This document shows, piece after piece, positions 51,574 to 62,979 of a stretch of DNA of 64,000 nt. The stretch comes from Sphyrna mokarran (taxonomy: Eukaryota). The notes below the pieces were generated by a model that was given only the letters and a program-made list of their open reading frames with translations, ran no database searches and was not told the DNA's origin. The position numbers were made by a program, and so were the translations under genes. The first letter of the stretch is position 1. The number at the start of each line of letters is the position of its first letter. Where the stretch lies: the NCBI GenBank assembly GCA_024679065.1, contig JAGIQG010000002.1:82894001-82958000 (forward strand), written 5' to 3'.

Positions 51574-51639
51574 AACTGCCACTTTTAAAGTGAAGCTACA
51601 CTGAATCAAAGAAAGTTTCTGGTGATTGGCGAATGGAAA

Positions 51640-51840
51640 TGGAGCACCAGGGCACACAAAGGACCATTCAGTTTATAGATTGGGCTCTGGTAGTCATCAA
51701 AATGAACGGGAGGAAAGATACTATTATTTTGTGGAAAGTCAGGTGACACTCTTCTGTAAGGTCTATGCCAGAAGTTGGTTTTAAAGACCAGGAAGCAGTG
51801 CAGGAAGATATTTAATGACTTAATGCAGGTGGCCAATATG
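51640..51840 (+). pseudogene. Myb/SANT-like Harbinger partner remnant
   Basis: KTRKQCRKIFNDLMQVA (ORF 51775-51960). Confidence 0.65.
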
Positions 51841-53589
51841 ACACACCAACTGCATGTTGACAGAATGGTAGGCCTTGCAGCCCTATGTCCTTTCCCATTG
51901 GTTAAGAGCACTTTTCCTACTTCAAATGCACCTAGCACATGTTCACCAAGGAAGTGCTGATAGAACTGTGCCACCTCCATCAACCTAACCTGGAAGTTCA
52001 CATAATGCCTCAGGCCTTTGTGTTGCTTGTCCAGCTCCATGGAAGAGCAACCTCATGAATCAGATGCAGCAGGCAGCTGAGTGTAGGCTGGTCCTCACAA
52101 ATAGCCTGCACATTAAGCTCTCTTCACAACATGGATGAAAACGCAGCCTTGGTCATTCAGAAGCTCACTGAGGTACAGTAAATGGTCTCCAGCTCTTAAT
52201 AGCAGAGATTAGCAGGTGGATCATGATAGGGAGGATAAAGAAACAACACAAGGCCATGAGGATTCTTCTTCAGTCTCTTCCAATCATTCCTCTTGCTGAA
52301 GCCTGTATCTAAACCATTGCTTCTTTATGGCAGTCCTCATCTACAAGTCATTGTTACTACACTAATATTGAGGCCCCATCTCTGTCATCTCATTGGAATA
52401 GGTCAACCACCTTGCTATGGATTGCTTTGGTCTCCCAGAGATCAACAATAGTGTAAACTGAAAAAAATTATGGCAGTTGTGAATGCCTCAGGATAAAAGA
52501 TTCATGGCAGTAACATGTATAAAGACCTTAGTGTGGTCACATAAAACCTGCACATTAATGGGGTGGAATAGTTTCTGAACACAAATGTTTTTGGTTGTTG
52601 CATTAGTGCCATTATTGACATGGCTGAAGTCTATCATTCTTTGAACTTGTGGGAAGCCAGCCTATATTTATGAAGAAGATAAAATGTTTCCAAATCCAAA
52701 TAAGGGGTGCATAGCACTGTGCTGATACACCAGTGAGCTGTTGATTGAGAGACGCAAGAGAAGTCTGCACTAGCTAGAAGGAGCTGGCTGCATAGAATTT
52801 TATGGCTATGGTAATTTCAAATGTAACAAGTAAGGGCATGGTTGATTGTGATGCAAGGTCTTTTTCCACCATGGCACAAACATCTATAATCATTTCCCTT
52901 GAAATTTGGAGCCTTCACCTAGACTGCCTCTCACTCATATCGCAATAACTTCTTCAGAGACAGTATACCCTTCACCTTGGATAGTATTTCTTTTTCCTTC
53001 CTCTTGCACTCTGTGATAGCCCTGCCAATCCTGAGCAAGTTCTGGCTGCACATTGCTGTTGCTGTGCTTCCTCTATTGTGTGTATGTAGGAAGATGCAGT
53101 GGCCATTTTTTTCAACTTCCTTCCTTCACTACACCGTCAGCAAACATGGCAATCTATCCTGTCCCCCACTTAGTTGCCTCAGGCAGGAACTCCTCCTTGG
53201 GAGCCACACAGATATTCTCTTTCACTTTCACCACCCTACAACCAGTTCCCATTGTGGTCAGGGGCCAACCTCCATCTTTATAGTAAAATTTCTGTTCAAA
53301 CTTTCCCTTTGCAGAGTTCTGCACAGATCTCTTTTAGGAGCCTTCTGAAGTCTTTACACTTCCACCCATAAACTCATGAATCCTGCACTGCAGGCCAAGG
53401 CAATTGCAGCAGAGAAAATTGTCTGTTTAAACTCTCCATTAATGTTAAATCGTACAAATCATGTCCTCTCATTTTCCCCTTCTGACAAAAACACTTCCAA
53501 CTGGAAAAGGAGGCAGGAATTCTGTACCCAGGTTCTGCTCATCCTTTCAAAATGTCTGTTGAGTCGGGAAGAGGTTTTGAAAATCCAGG

Positions 53590-54440
53590 CACTTATCTCC
53601 AAGGAGTTAACTGATGACTCTGTTTGGAGGGACGAAGATTGATGAGGATTGTGACAGATGTAAAGGTCCATTGGCAGTTTCCAAGCTACCTTGCCCAGAC
53701 ATGCATGAAAACCATTCAGTGGTCACATATCAGCTGGACATTGATGGAGTGGAATCCGTTGTATAGAATTGTAGAATGGTTACAACACAGGAGGCCTTTA
53801 TGTCCATCATGTCTGTGCCAGAATGATTGACAAATTCTATTAGAGGATCTAAGAGTGCCTTATTGCACTCTGCAGTCAATGACCACTGAAGCCTGTTGAA
53901 ATCCAACTGTTGCAGCAAATCTAAGAGCCCTTTGCGTCTGACTAACTCCATCAGTAGCAAGCTAAGTGACAACACTGGTAAACAGAACAGATTGTGAAAA
54001 ACTGCAGACCTCACAACTAGAATTCTAGAAAGAGACAGTGGCAAAGAAATTCAAGCTACAGGGATCTCAACAACCATTGGCAATACTTACCCACCTACTC
54101 CACTGGGAAGGAAATTTTGTTCACGTGAACATATGATCAAGGATCAGATCTCAGCTGTGACCTGCACGGAGGTTTGAGCCGCCTGAAGCACAGTTGCTTA
54201 GTTGTGTCCAGAAAGTTGATCCTTTGTTTAAGTGTACTGAGTTGGCAGTACACTTCCTTCAAGCTAGGACCTCTATTCAATTTGTCTGTCCTTATGGACA
54301 GCCAGCGTCTGAGAAGAAGGCAGCTGCTGGTATTACACGCTGAGCTCTTGTTTCTGCTGGCGTTGATGTTGCTGATGCTGCTCCATTTCATCCCCATCAA
54401 AAATCCAAGATAGAGCTGCAAAAGTTGCTTCCATGTTGCA
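53590..54440 (-). pseudogene. PIF/Harbinger (HARBI1-like) transposase remnant
   Basis: Gln-rich N-terminus, QRINFLDTTKQLCFRRL, ALNFFATVSF, SQTQRALRFAATVGF..VIDC, EFVN / NGFHSINVQLICDH, LLGDK; interrupted by a CR1-type tail at ~53762-53825. TIR-like gtaaaatctaagcc at 55376-55389 may be the element end. Confidence 0.88.
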
Positions 54441-55153
54441 GTGAAAGCTGACAGTAGGGAAATACAGATCAAAATAGAAAAAAAACACAAGAATAACAGA
54501 AATCATCTCAAAAGAATTAGAAATCACCTCTAAAACAATGAAAGGACATTCTCAGAGCAAGTCCTATAAGCAATCATCTTTCACATTTGTGAAAAAGTAA
54601 CTGAATGGTTCAGCTGATGTCACAGCCTGTCAAATCCTGACTGAGATCTTGCCTTGTTGATTTTAGCAAGTTTCAGACAGTTTAGCAAGTTTTGTGCTGG
54701 GAGTTAAAGCCAGGATGCATTCTTGAATCTTCATTCAACAGCCATATTACATAATCTGATTTCTATCTGCCAGCCTTACAATGCTTTCTGCATACCTCCA
54801 GAAGCCCACTGGTTAAATGTGGAAGTGAGCAATGTCTTGTTTGATTTCCAATATACTGGTATGTTTTGCTGTTCTACCACCTACTTCCTCCCTTGAAGGT
54901 TAAAATTCTCCATAAGCAAAGAGAAAACAAGATGGGATTGAGATAGATGAAAAGTAACCATAGTAACCATAAAGTTAAGCAATTTTGCTTTTAAATATCC
55001 AACAATAACTAAATTCCAGTGGAATGAGACTCTACACTTGTAAAATTAAGTTTTTGGTGTCAGAGAGGTTGTTTGGCAATAATTATGATTTAATTACAAA
55101 TTACATTCATTTACTTTAGAATACAACTGCCCTAAATTTTTCTACCATGTTGT

Positions 55154-55179
55154 GGGGCGGGGGGGGGGGGGGGGGGGGG
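55154..55179. repeat. Poly-G tract (GGGGC followed by 21 G)
   Basis: Direct count; could form a G-quadruplex. Confidence 0.9.
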
Positions 55180-56052
55180 CGCTGAGGTAAGTTCCCCAAT
55201 TTCAAACTCTTATGTTTATATCAATGCCAAGTTCGTTGGCAACATTCTGCTATTGTGCAGCCTGTGAAGGGCCACAGCCTCTGCACTTTCATATTCAAAT
55301 GTGCAGCATGAACTCTAGAGACTGATCTTCAGTTTGTTTCATAGTAATGGGAAGCATTTTACTGTTATTCTCAATGTAAAATCTAAGCCAAAGATGCATC
55401 AATAAAAATGTAAACAAAGTAATAGCAAAGAGCAAAGAACACTGTTCTCACTAAAAATAAAAATTGTGAAACATCTTTAAAAAGTTAAATACTGCAGGCC
55501 AGGCCACCTGCATACAATCTTTTTTTTTTAACCATAGATCTACCATACCTCATGTTACTGTTGAGGGGGCTGTAAGAAAGCTACTAAATGAGTAAATGAG
55601 AAAAACATGGTTGATTTCACTCAGCTCGACTCAATTGGGAGAAATTTTGTTTTTAAGTCAAGCCCCTCTCCAGAACTTGACCACATGTGCGTCTGTGAAA
55701 TGCTGAGAGAATGCTACATTATTATACTATGTTGGACAAGAATTTTCTTCTGGGATCAAGACCCTGAGGTTGCAATCATTTCCAGGTCCTAATCCCGTGC
55801 GGTGTTAGCATGCTGTGCACGGCACGTTTTTTTAAAGATTGTCAGTGAGACCCTCACTTTCCAACTAAAGGTAGCATGAAGGTGCCCAAAACTGGAGGAC
55901 CAAAAGAGGTTCCCAGCACTGAGTGGTGGTCTGTGGATGAAAACAAGAAGGAAAGTGGGTGTCCCAAGACTCTTCAAAAATAAAAATAGCTATAGCTACC
56001 AGACCACCATTTTAATGGGGGGAGCATAGGGCTGCCTGCAATCATATCTATG

Positions 56053-56416
56053 CAGTAAGAAGTCTCACAACACCAGATTAAAGTCCAACAGATTTATTGG
56101 GTAACACAAGCCACAAGCTTTCAGGGTGCTGCTCCTTCATCAAGTGAATGAGAGTTTAATCCTTTCTCCACTCACATTTTCTGTACCTTTAAGACTTGAT
56201 CACATATAAAGACTCACATTCCAACCATTATTTTGTAAATTGAGTTTGTATCTTTATATGCTCTGTTTGTCAACAGAACTTCCACTCACTTGATGAAGGA
56301 GGAGCCTCTGAAAGCTAGTGGCTTGTGCTACCAAATAAACCTGTTAGACTCTAACCTGATGTTGTGAGACTTTTTACTGTACTTATCCCAGTCCAACGCC
56401 ACCATCTCCACATCAT
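56053..56416 (+). mobile_element. Penelope-like element 3' end with inverted pLTR and hammerhead-like cores
   Basis: Inverted arms ~56053-56156 and ~56277-56379; ttgatgaaggaggagcctctgaaagct; terminus cccagtccaacgccaccatctccaca. Confidence 0.8.
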
Positions 56417-56867
56417 GGTCACAGCTGTGGCTAGGATTCTGCGTAAGTAGTTGGGGTGGATGTTAATGTCCATCAAAAGAGTTGGCTCTCCTGATCTACT
56501 GCTGTCGAGCCACGTCCTTTCACTGGCCAGGTTCTGACAACAATGGGATGCCTACTTGCTGAGTGGAATTTTCCAGTTGGTGTGGGAGAGGCCCATTAAA
56601 TGCGCCATTTTGATTACCCATCATTTGTGGGCACTTAGCCATTGCACATCCGACCTAGCCTCCTTGGAAATAACCTGGAGTTGGGAAGATGCTGGCAATT
56701 AGCACTTCGCTCTCTTTTGGTAATTTTCCTGCTGGGCTGCCTCGACCCTGCTTCTGTGGTCACTTGAAAAAATGGCCAGCGGTATTTCTGTTGGAATTTT
56801 CAGCCACAGATTTAAAAATCTGAAGACATTGGAAATCTGAAACATAACAGAAAATGCTGAAAACATT

Positions 56868-56993
56868 GGGTGAGGTTTTCCGGTTGTGCTCGCCTCAAAA
56901 CCGGGAAGTTCCAGCTGAGGTCAACAGACCTTTGCACGGTCTGTATCTTGCCCACTTCGATTCCCATAGCAGATGGACAAGAAAATTCTGCCC
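56868..56993. mobile_element. Harbinger-type MITE
   Basis: gggtgaggttttc / gaaaattctgccc; att on both sides. Confidence 0.7.
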
Positions 56994-57055
56994 ATTGAGT
57001 CAGAATTAAATGGAGAGATTTTTATTCAACAAGAGCATGAAAAAGTTAAAAAAAT

Positions 57056-57300
57056 AAAGTTTATTAATTAATCACAAGCAAGGCTTACATTAACTTTGCA
57101 ATTAAGTTATGGTGAAATTCCCTTAGTTGCCACACTTTGGTGCTTGTTTGGGTCAATGCACCTACCAGCACATCTTTCAGACTGTAGCAGGAAACCGAAG
57201 CACCTGGAGAAAACCTACACAGACATGGGGAGAACATGCAAATTCCACACAGGCAGTGACCCAAGCCAGGAATCAAACTCAGGTCCCTGGCACTGTGTCA
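57056..57300 (-). mobile_element. V-SINE, Rex1-like tail
   Basis: aaagtttatta..tcacaagcaaggcttacattaac...gaaaccgaagcacctggagaaaacc. Confidence 0.9.
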
Positions 57301-57749
57301 TGCTATCCAAAGGGATATAGGACAAAGGCAGGTTGTGGTACAGAGTTGAGTTATAGATCAGATATAATCTAATTGATTGGGGAAAAAGTCACAGACAGCT
57401 GGATGACCCAAATCTATTCCTGTGTTACAAGCAACATCTGTGACAAGAAAAGAAAAACTTTACAATTTAGGTCTGGATCTAGCAAATGAATAAGAAAATG
57501 TTACATAAGAGCGGCATTTTAAAAAGTTCAGCAAAAAGGTAGGATGGGGGAACATTTACACATGTTTGTTTGCACACACATGGAGAGGAACACACAAGTA
57601 CACATGTATATGCACTTGAACATGGTTGTAGTGATGTATTTTTGGAGATAGGCCACCAAAATGTGCTGATTGGCCAAGCAATCACGCAGATGATTGTGAA
57701 TTTGGAATTTGCTGCCCTAGAGGGCTGTGCCTGATTAGCTAGTGAAAAT

Positions 57750-57900
57750 GATTGAGACTGACACTTTTGGAAAACAGCAGAATTGAGGGATATGGGGATA
57801 AGGTGGGAAAGTGGAGTGATGGCAAAACTCAACCATGATCACAATAAATGACAAAAGCAAGTTCAAAGGGCCATATAGCTCAGTCCTGCTACTATTTGTT
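57750..57900 (+). mobile_element. CR1 3' tail fragment
   Basis: gagggatatggggataaggtgggaaagtggagt...caaccatgatc...aagggcc...tcctgct. Confidence 0.65.
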
Positions 57901-57969
57901 ATATTTTTACATTTGTATTCTGGTGACAAAGTGGTTCCTGTCATTTAAATTGGCAGCCAAGTTGAAAGT

Positions 57970-58205
57970 TAGACATCCTAATGCATCTCACCAGCTTTGA
58001 AGCCTAAATTTTCTCTAAAGCTCTCCTGCCCTATCCCTGAACTCGCATCTTTCTTTATGTTTTTTTCTATCCTCCCTCATGCCCACACTGAATTAATCTT
58101 ATCCATTGAAACCACCACCTTCTCCCTTGACCTTGTATTCGTTGAACTATTAGTTATCCAACTTCCCCTTCTGGTTTCTATGTTCGTCAGTGTGTTAATT
58201 GTTTT
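57970..58205 (+). mobile_element. L2 LINE internal fragment
   Basis: LSIETTTFSLDLVFVELLVIQLPLL resembles L2 SMxPTTCSLDPIPTKLL. Confidence 0.55.
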
Positions 58206-58373
58206 AGATTCTCCCCAAAAGGGAAAACATTCTTTCTCCATCTATCCTGTAATCTTCCCTTAGAATCATATACGTTTCAGTCAGATCACTCTTGTTCCTC
58301 ATTGGAGTTTAGAAGGGTCCTGGAAGAAATGCAGGGCAGCATCAAGTTGGGAGAATGTTCAAGCAGAATAGCA

Positions 58374-59010
58374 ATTTGATTTGATTTATTGTTGTCATAT
58401 ATATTGTTATACAATGAAAATATTGTTTCTTGCACACTATACAGACAAAGCATACTATATATTGAGAAGGAAAGGAGGGGGTGCAGAATATAGTGTAACA
58501 GTCATAGACATCCTAATGCATCTCACCAGCTTTGAAGCCTAAACTTTTTCTAAAGCTCTCCTGCTCTATCCCTGAAACTCGCATCTTTCTCTACGCCCCA
58601 CACAGGGTGTAGAGAAAGAGCAACTTAGTTTAAGGTAGAGCCAGTCAAAATTCTGATGGCAGCAGGGAAGAAGCTGTTCTCAAGTTGGTTGATACATGAT
58701 CTCAGACTTGTGTATCCTCTCCTTGACGGAGGAAGGAACAAGACAGTATGAACAGAATGCTTGTGAACATTGATTATTGCTGGCTATTTTTCTGAGGCAG
58801 TGGGAAGTGTAGGCACAGTCAATTGATGGGACACTGGTTTGTATGATGGACAGGGCAATATTCACAATCCTTCGTAATTTCTTGCAGTCTTGGTCAGAGC
58901 AGAGGCCATACCACAATGTGATACAACCAGAAAGCATGCTTTCTATGTTGATTCATAAAAGTTGGTGAGAATCATGCTGAATTTCCTTAGCCTCCAGAGA
59001 AAGTAAAGGC
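58374..59010 (-). mobile_element. Rex1/Babar LINE 3' end carrying a ~95 bp templated insert
   Basis: LSGCITLWYGLCSDQDCKKLRRIVN..SHCLRKIAS; (CAAAT)n tail; homologous to 13446-13772. Confidence 0.88.
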
Positions 59011-59099
59011 ATAGAAAGTAGAGCAATCCAACAATAATTGTTGCTTCTCAGAAGATTCAGGTCATTGTTTCCAGTCCTTTCCTAATCTCTATTCCTTAG

Positions 59100-59400
59100 C
59101 TACTGACCCTATCCCTTATCAGATAACATTTGCAATTGTGGCAAAGATTATACTCATCAAAGAAGAGTAGGACTCTCACTCCAGAGCCTGGCAAACATTT
59201 TCTTCAAAGATACCACAAAGACAAGATAAAATAATTGGTAATCTATCTCATTTGCTGCTCAAGGAATTTACCATGAACATCTCATCTCTTGTGATTGCTG
59301 ACCAAACATCAATAGAACTCAGAGTAATCAACTGCATGTGAAGAATCACAATTTATTAATGAAAAACATTATATGGCACTACTTACATTCAAGTCTATTT
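59100..59400 (+). mobile_element. Old DeuSINE fragment
   Basis: aagaagagtaggactctc..cctggcaaacattt; atctcatttgctg. Confidence 0.5.
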
Positions 59401-60171
59401 TCCTTTCCTTTATTTCCTAAGGTAGATATCAAATAAGTTATATCTGTAAATCTGTTATTGTGTGCATATCATCATTACTGATCTTCCCATTTACTTGTAT
59501 AAACTTCTAAAATATCTGAGCAGTTACACAGATGATGGTCAGGATAGATATTCTCTGTTTGTTACACTTTGAGAAATGTGTCAACAGTCTCCACAGTACT
59601 TGAATAGTGGTTGAAGGAACTTGTAGGACTACAGGGTGGCAAGTGATGTTCAAACATCCACAGATCAAACACGTGTCATTCCCCATGTGGGGACCAGATG
59701 TTGTGCTTTTCACATTTGTGAGAAACGATGAAATAATTTAAACCCAGTGAGGGCAGGAAACTGAAGGTGCCTATCTGGAGCCCCCTTGGATGTTTGAATG
59801 TGATCAAAGTGAGGAATTCGCTGGCACCAGTATGGGAATAGCATGCCAAGATTCCTTTATTTAATAAGCAGCCTTGTTATCATTGGGATCAGAGGCTTAA
59901 ACAGTGTTCTATATTCTGAGTTGTAGTCTCATAGGAACACAGGGACATGAGAAGACCGTGCGTTGCAATGAGACTGCTCTGCCATTCAGTTAGATCATTT
60001 ACCTCAACACCACTTTCCTGGACTTTCCGCATATCCCTAGACTTTTTCATACTTCTACCAAGCAAAGAATGCATAACCATTGTTACCTTTGCTCCCCATT
60101 CCCAATTTTTTCAAGGCTATGTTGCAAGGAAAGCAGAAAAAGTTGAAAAACCAAGAATGCAAGGCAGCATC

Positions 60172-60802
60172 TTTTTATATTGTTCATTCGTGGAACATGG
60201 GCAGCATTTATTGCCCATCCCTAGTTGCCATTAAGAAGGTGGTAATGAGTTCTTGAATAACTGCAGTCAATTGATGTGGATTGACCACAATACTGTTAGG
60301 AAGAGAATCCCAGGATTTTGACCCAGCGACTGAAAAAGAACAGCAATATATTTCCAAATCAGGATGGTGAGTGGCTTGGAGGGAAACTTGCAGATGGTAT
60401 TGTTCCCATGTTTCTGAAATCTTATCTTCTAGATGGAAATGGTCTTGAGTTTGGAAGGTGCTTTCTAAGGACCTTTGGTAAATTGCTGCAGTGCATCATG
60501 CAGCTAGTACACAGTGCTGTTATTGAGCATCAGTGGTGGAGGGAGTGGATTTGGTGCCAAGCTTTGTTGTGGATGATGTGTCAAGCTTTTTGCGTGTTAT
60601 TGGAGCTGCACTCATCTAGGCATGTGGCGAGTATTCCATCACACTCCTGACTTGTGCCCCTTGTAGATGGTCAATAGGCTTTAGGGAGTCAGGAGGTGAG
60701 TTACTCCCTGCAGTATTCCTAGCCTCTGACTGCTTTTGTTGCCACTGTGTTTATGTGGTGAGCCTAGTTGAGTTTCTGGTCAATGATAACCCTAAGGATG
60801 TT
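60172..60802 (-). mobile_element. CR1-Zenon-like LINE 3' end
   Basis: Minus strand NILRVIIDQKLN, QRLGILQGVTHLLTP, IYK-AQVRSVMEYSP, KKLD; tail gggatgggcaataaatgctg...gaatgaa. Confidence 0.75.
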
Positions 60803-61020
60803 TGGAATAAGGAGATCTATGTCCTCCATAGATGTTGAAGATATATAGCCAAACCTCAATCCAGCACCATGGTTGATTCTGCATTAGAGGCTGCTGTTTG
60901 CTTTCAGCGATATTCAGAAGTTCTTAGAGCTGTTCTTTGTTCTATTGTAGGTCATCCGTCTTTGATCATTTGCAAAGAATAGCGTAGGACTCTAGTAGTG
61001 TATTCGAGCCATCAAACATT

Positions 61021-61160
61021 GAAACATAGAAGTTAGAAGCAAAAGGAGACCATTTGGCCTTTCAAGCCTGTTCCGCCATTCATCACAATCATGGCTGATT
61101 GTCCAACTCAATAGCCTAATCCTGCTTTCTCTCCTTTACCTTTAATTCCATTCACCCCAA
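61021..61160 (-). mobile_element. CR1 3' tail
   Basis: gaaacatagaag..gaccatttggcctttcaagcctgttccgccattca..atcatggctgat. Confidence 0.8.
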
Positions 61161-61787
61161 GATCTTTGGCAAATACTTCCCTTACATAGAATATTCCGTG
61201 CTAACCCCCACAGATTTTCCATATCACCCTACACATTTTTCTAGCTGCCTGTAGGACATGCAATTGTTTCTCCCTTAGTGTTATTTAAATGTGTTGAATC
61301 CTGGGTTATCTAGTAGATTCCGCATCAATTCAGATAGATGGATGGGAATCCTGTGTTAGTGCATCCCCACCAGCCGGATGTGTGGTTTGGATATTTAGAT
61401 CATCATGTGCATCTATAGCCAAACAACAGAGCAGCAGCTTCATTAAGTTGAAATTACTTGGCTTGTCTGTCTAGTTTTTGATGTGACCTGACACCAAAAT
61501 TAAGAGGCATTTTGTCTTGGCATAAAAGCATTGTTACTCAAACAAAATTGTGCAGTAATGCTGAAGAGTTTGATGTTTATTTGGGCAACAGCAATAAAAG
61601 CACTCTGCTTCCCTGATTAACAAAACAAAAATCATAATGTATACAGCTGTCCAGCTAGAAAAAATAAACCATTCGGATATGAACAAGAAAATGTCAATGA
61701 CTCAATGCATGCAACAGAATGAAATTATTGGGATTGCTCTTCTGCTTCCAGAAGAAATTAACTGTTTACTCTAGCCATGTGTGATAC

Positions 61788-61940
61788 AAAACCCAACTAG
61801 TTCACTGATAACATCCAAAGAAAGACCTGCCAGTCATACCTGGTCTGATCTACAAGTGATTCCATTCCCATGCAACATGACTGATTCTTAATGCTATCCC
61901 AGCATCAAGGGATAGGCAATAAAATATTATCTTGTGAGCA
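61788..61940 (+). mobile_element. Decayed copy of the 771-1157 SINE family
   Basis: aaaacccaactagttcact..acctgcc..tacctggtctg..gtgattcca..gggataggcaataaa. Confidence 0.7.
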
Positions 61941-62291
61941 TTTCAAAGGCAAAATTTTAAAACGTCAGATGAAAGGTTCTAGGGCAGCTATTCTGGGAGG
62001 TACAGATCATTTTTTCTAACGAGAATAGTTTTGTCAACAACAATAGAGATCAACAGTTCAGGACCATAATAAAGACTAATTAAGTGAATACTTCAGGCCC
62101 TTACTACTGACTGGATGTTCTAAGTCTACCAAAGTATCCCCACAGCAGCAGGAGGGGCAAGCCATGAAAAATGCCATAGACATTGGCAGGACAGGAAGAT
62201 CCCACTGGCACCTCGATTGCCAGAAAACTTACTGCAACATGGCGATGGAGGTGGAATCTAGCCTCATTTAAGTCTGGTAAGTGAGCTGAAG

Positions 62292-62454
62292 TGAATCTGC
62301 AAGCTTTCAACTTTCGTCTTTGTCAGGCAAATGCCTGACGATGACGAAAGTCGAAAGCTTGCAGATTTACTATCAAATAAATCGGTTGGATTTAAAATTG
62401 GTGTTGCCACACTGTTACTGAGTTTACCCCAGTCCAACGCCGGCATCTCTACAT
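62292..62454 (+). mobile_element. 163 bp fold-back Penelope-derived element
   Basis: 12 bp TSD agtgagctgaag (62280-62291, 62455-62466); 36 bp inverted arms; terminus ccccagtccaacgccggcatctctaca. Confidence 0.85.
62329..62368 (+). ncRNA. Minimal type I hammerhead ribozyme motif
   Basis: CTGACGA (62335-62341), T, stem II GAC-GAAA-GTC, GAAA, palindromic AAGCTT in place of stem III; stem I aaatgc pairs with gcagattt. Confidence 0.7.
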
Positions 62455-62979
62455 AGTGAGCTGAAGGCCAGCAATGAGGGAATCAGTGTAGCTCATTGGA
62501 TTGAAGCCTAAAGATCAGATTTGGCTGGCTGCAGCAAAGATAACTCGCAGAAATAGGGGGATATCCTGGAGCTTCAGTGAATCTGATTATTCTTGTTAGT
62601 CCAAAAAATACACTCCTGCCTCTTGTTATGGCCGGTCCCTGGGTGAGGTCTCCCAGCTTGTTACGAATCTACATGGGATACCCCCAAATTTTTACACTCC
62701 TGGATGAGAACGGATGAAATGACTTCTCTTTATTTGTACGCCCCTATGATCACAACAAGGTTAATTTAAAAAGAAAGCCTTTTCCCTTGTGGATACCTTT
62801 TTCCTACTATATTTCCCATATAGTTATGTTTTAAAAGGAACCAATGTAATCAAGTTTTCTTGAGTTAAAAAAGATTGTGTTTGTTAGTTGCTGAAATGCA
62901 AGTAGAAAATAATGAAATTCAATGGACATACACACAAATCAGAAATGAGAAGTGAGCCTAAAAATAATATTTAACCAAT

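Noticed and set aside
55154-55179. Functional G-quadruplex
   Set aside because: A homopolymer within a decayed transposon region; its length is error-prone and nothing indicates function.
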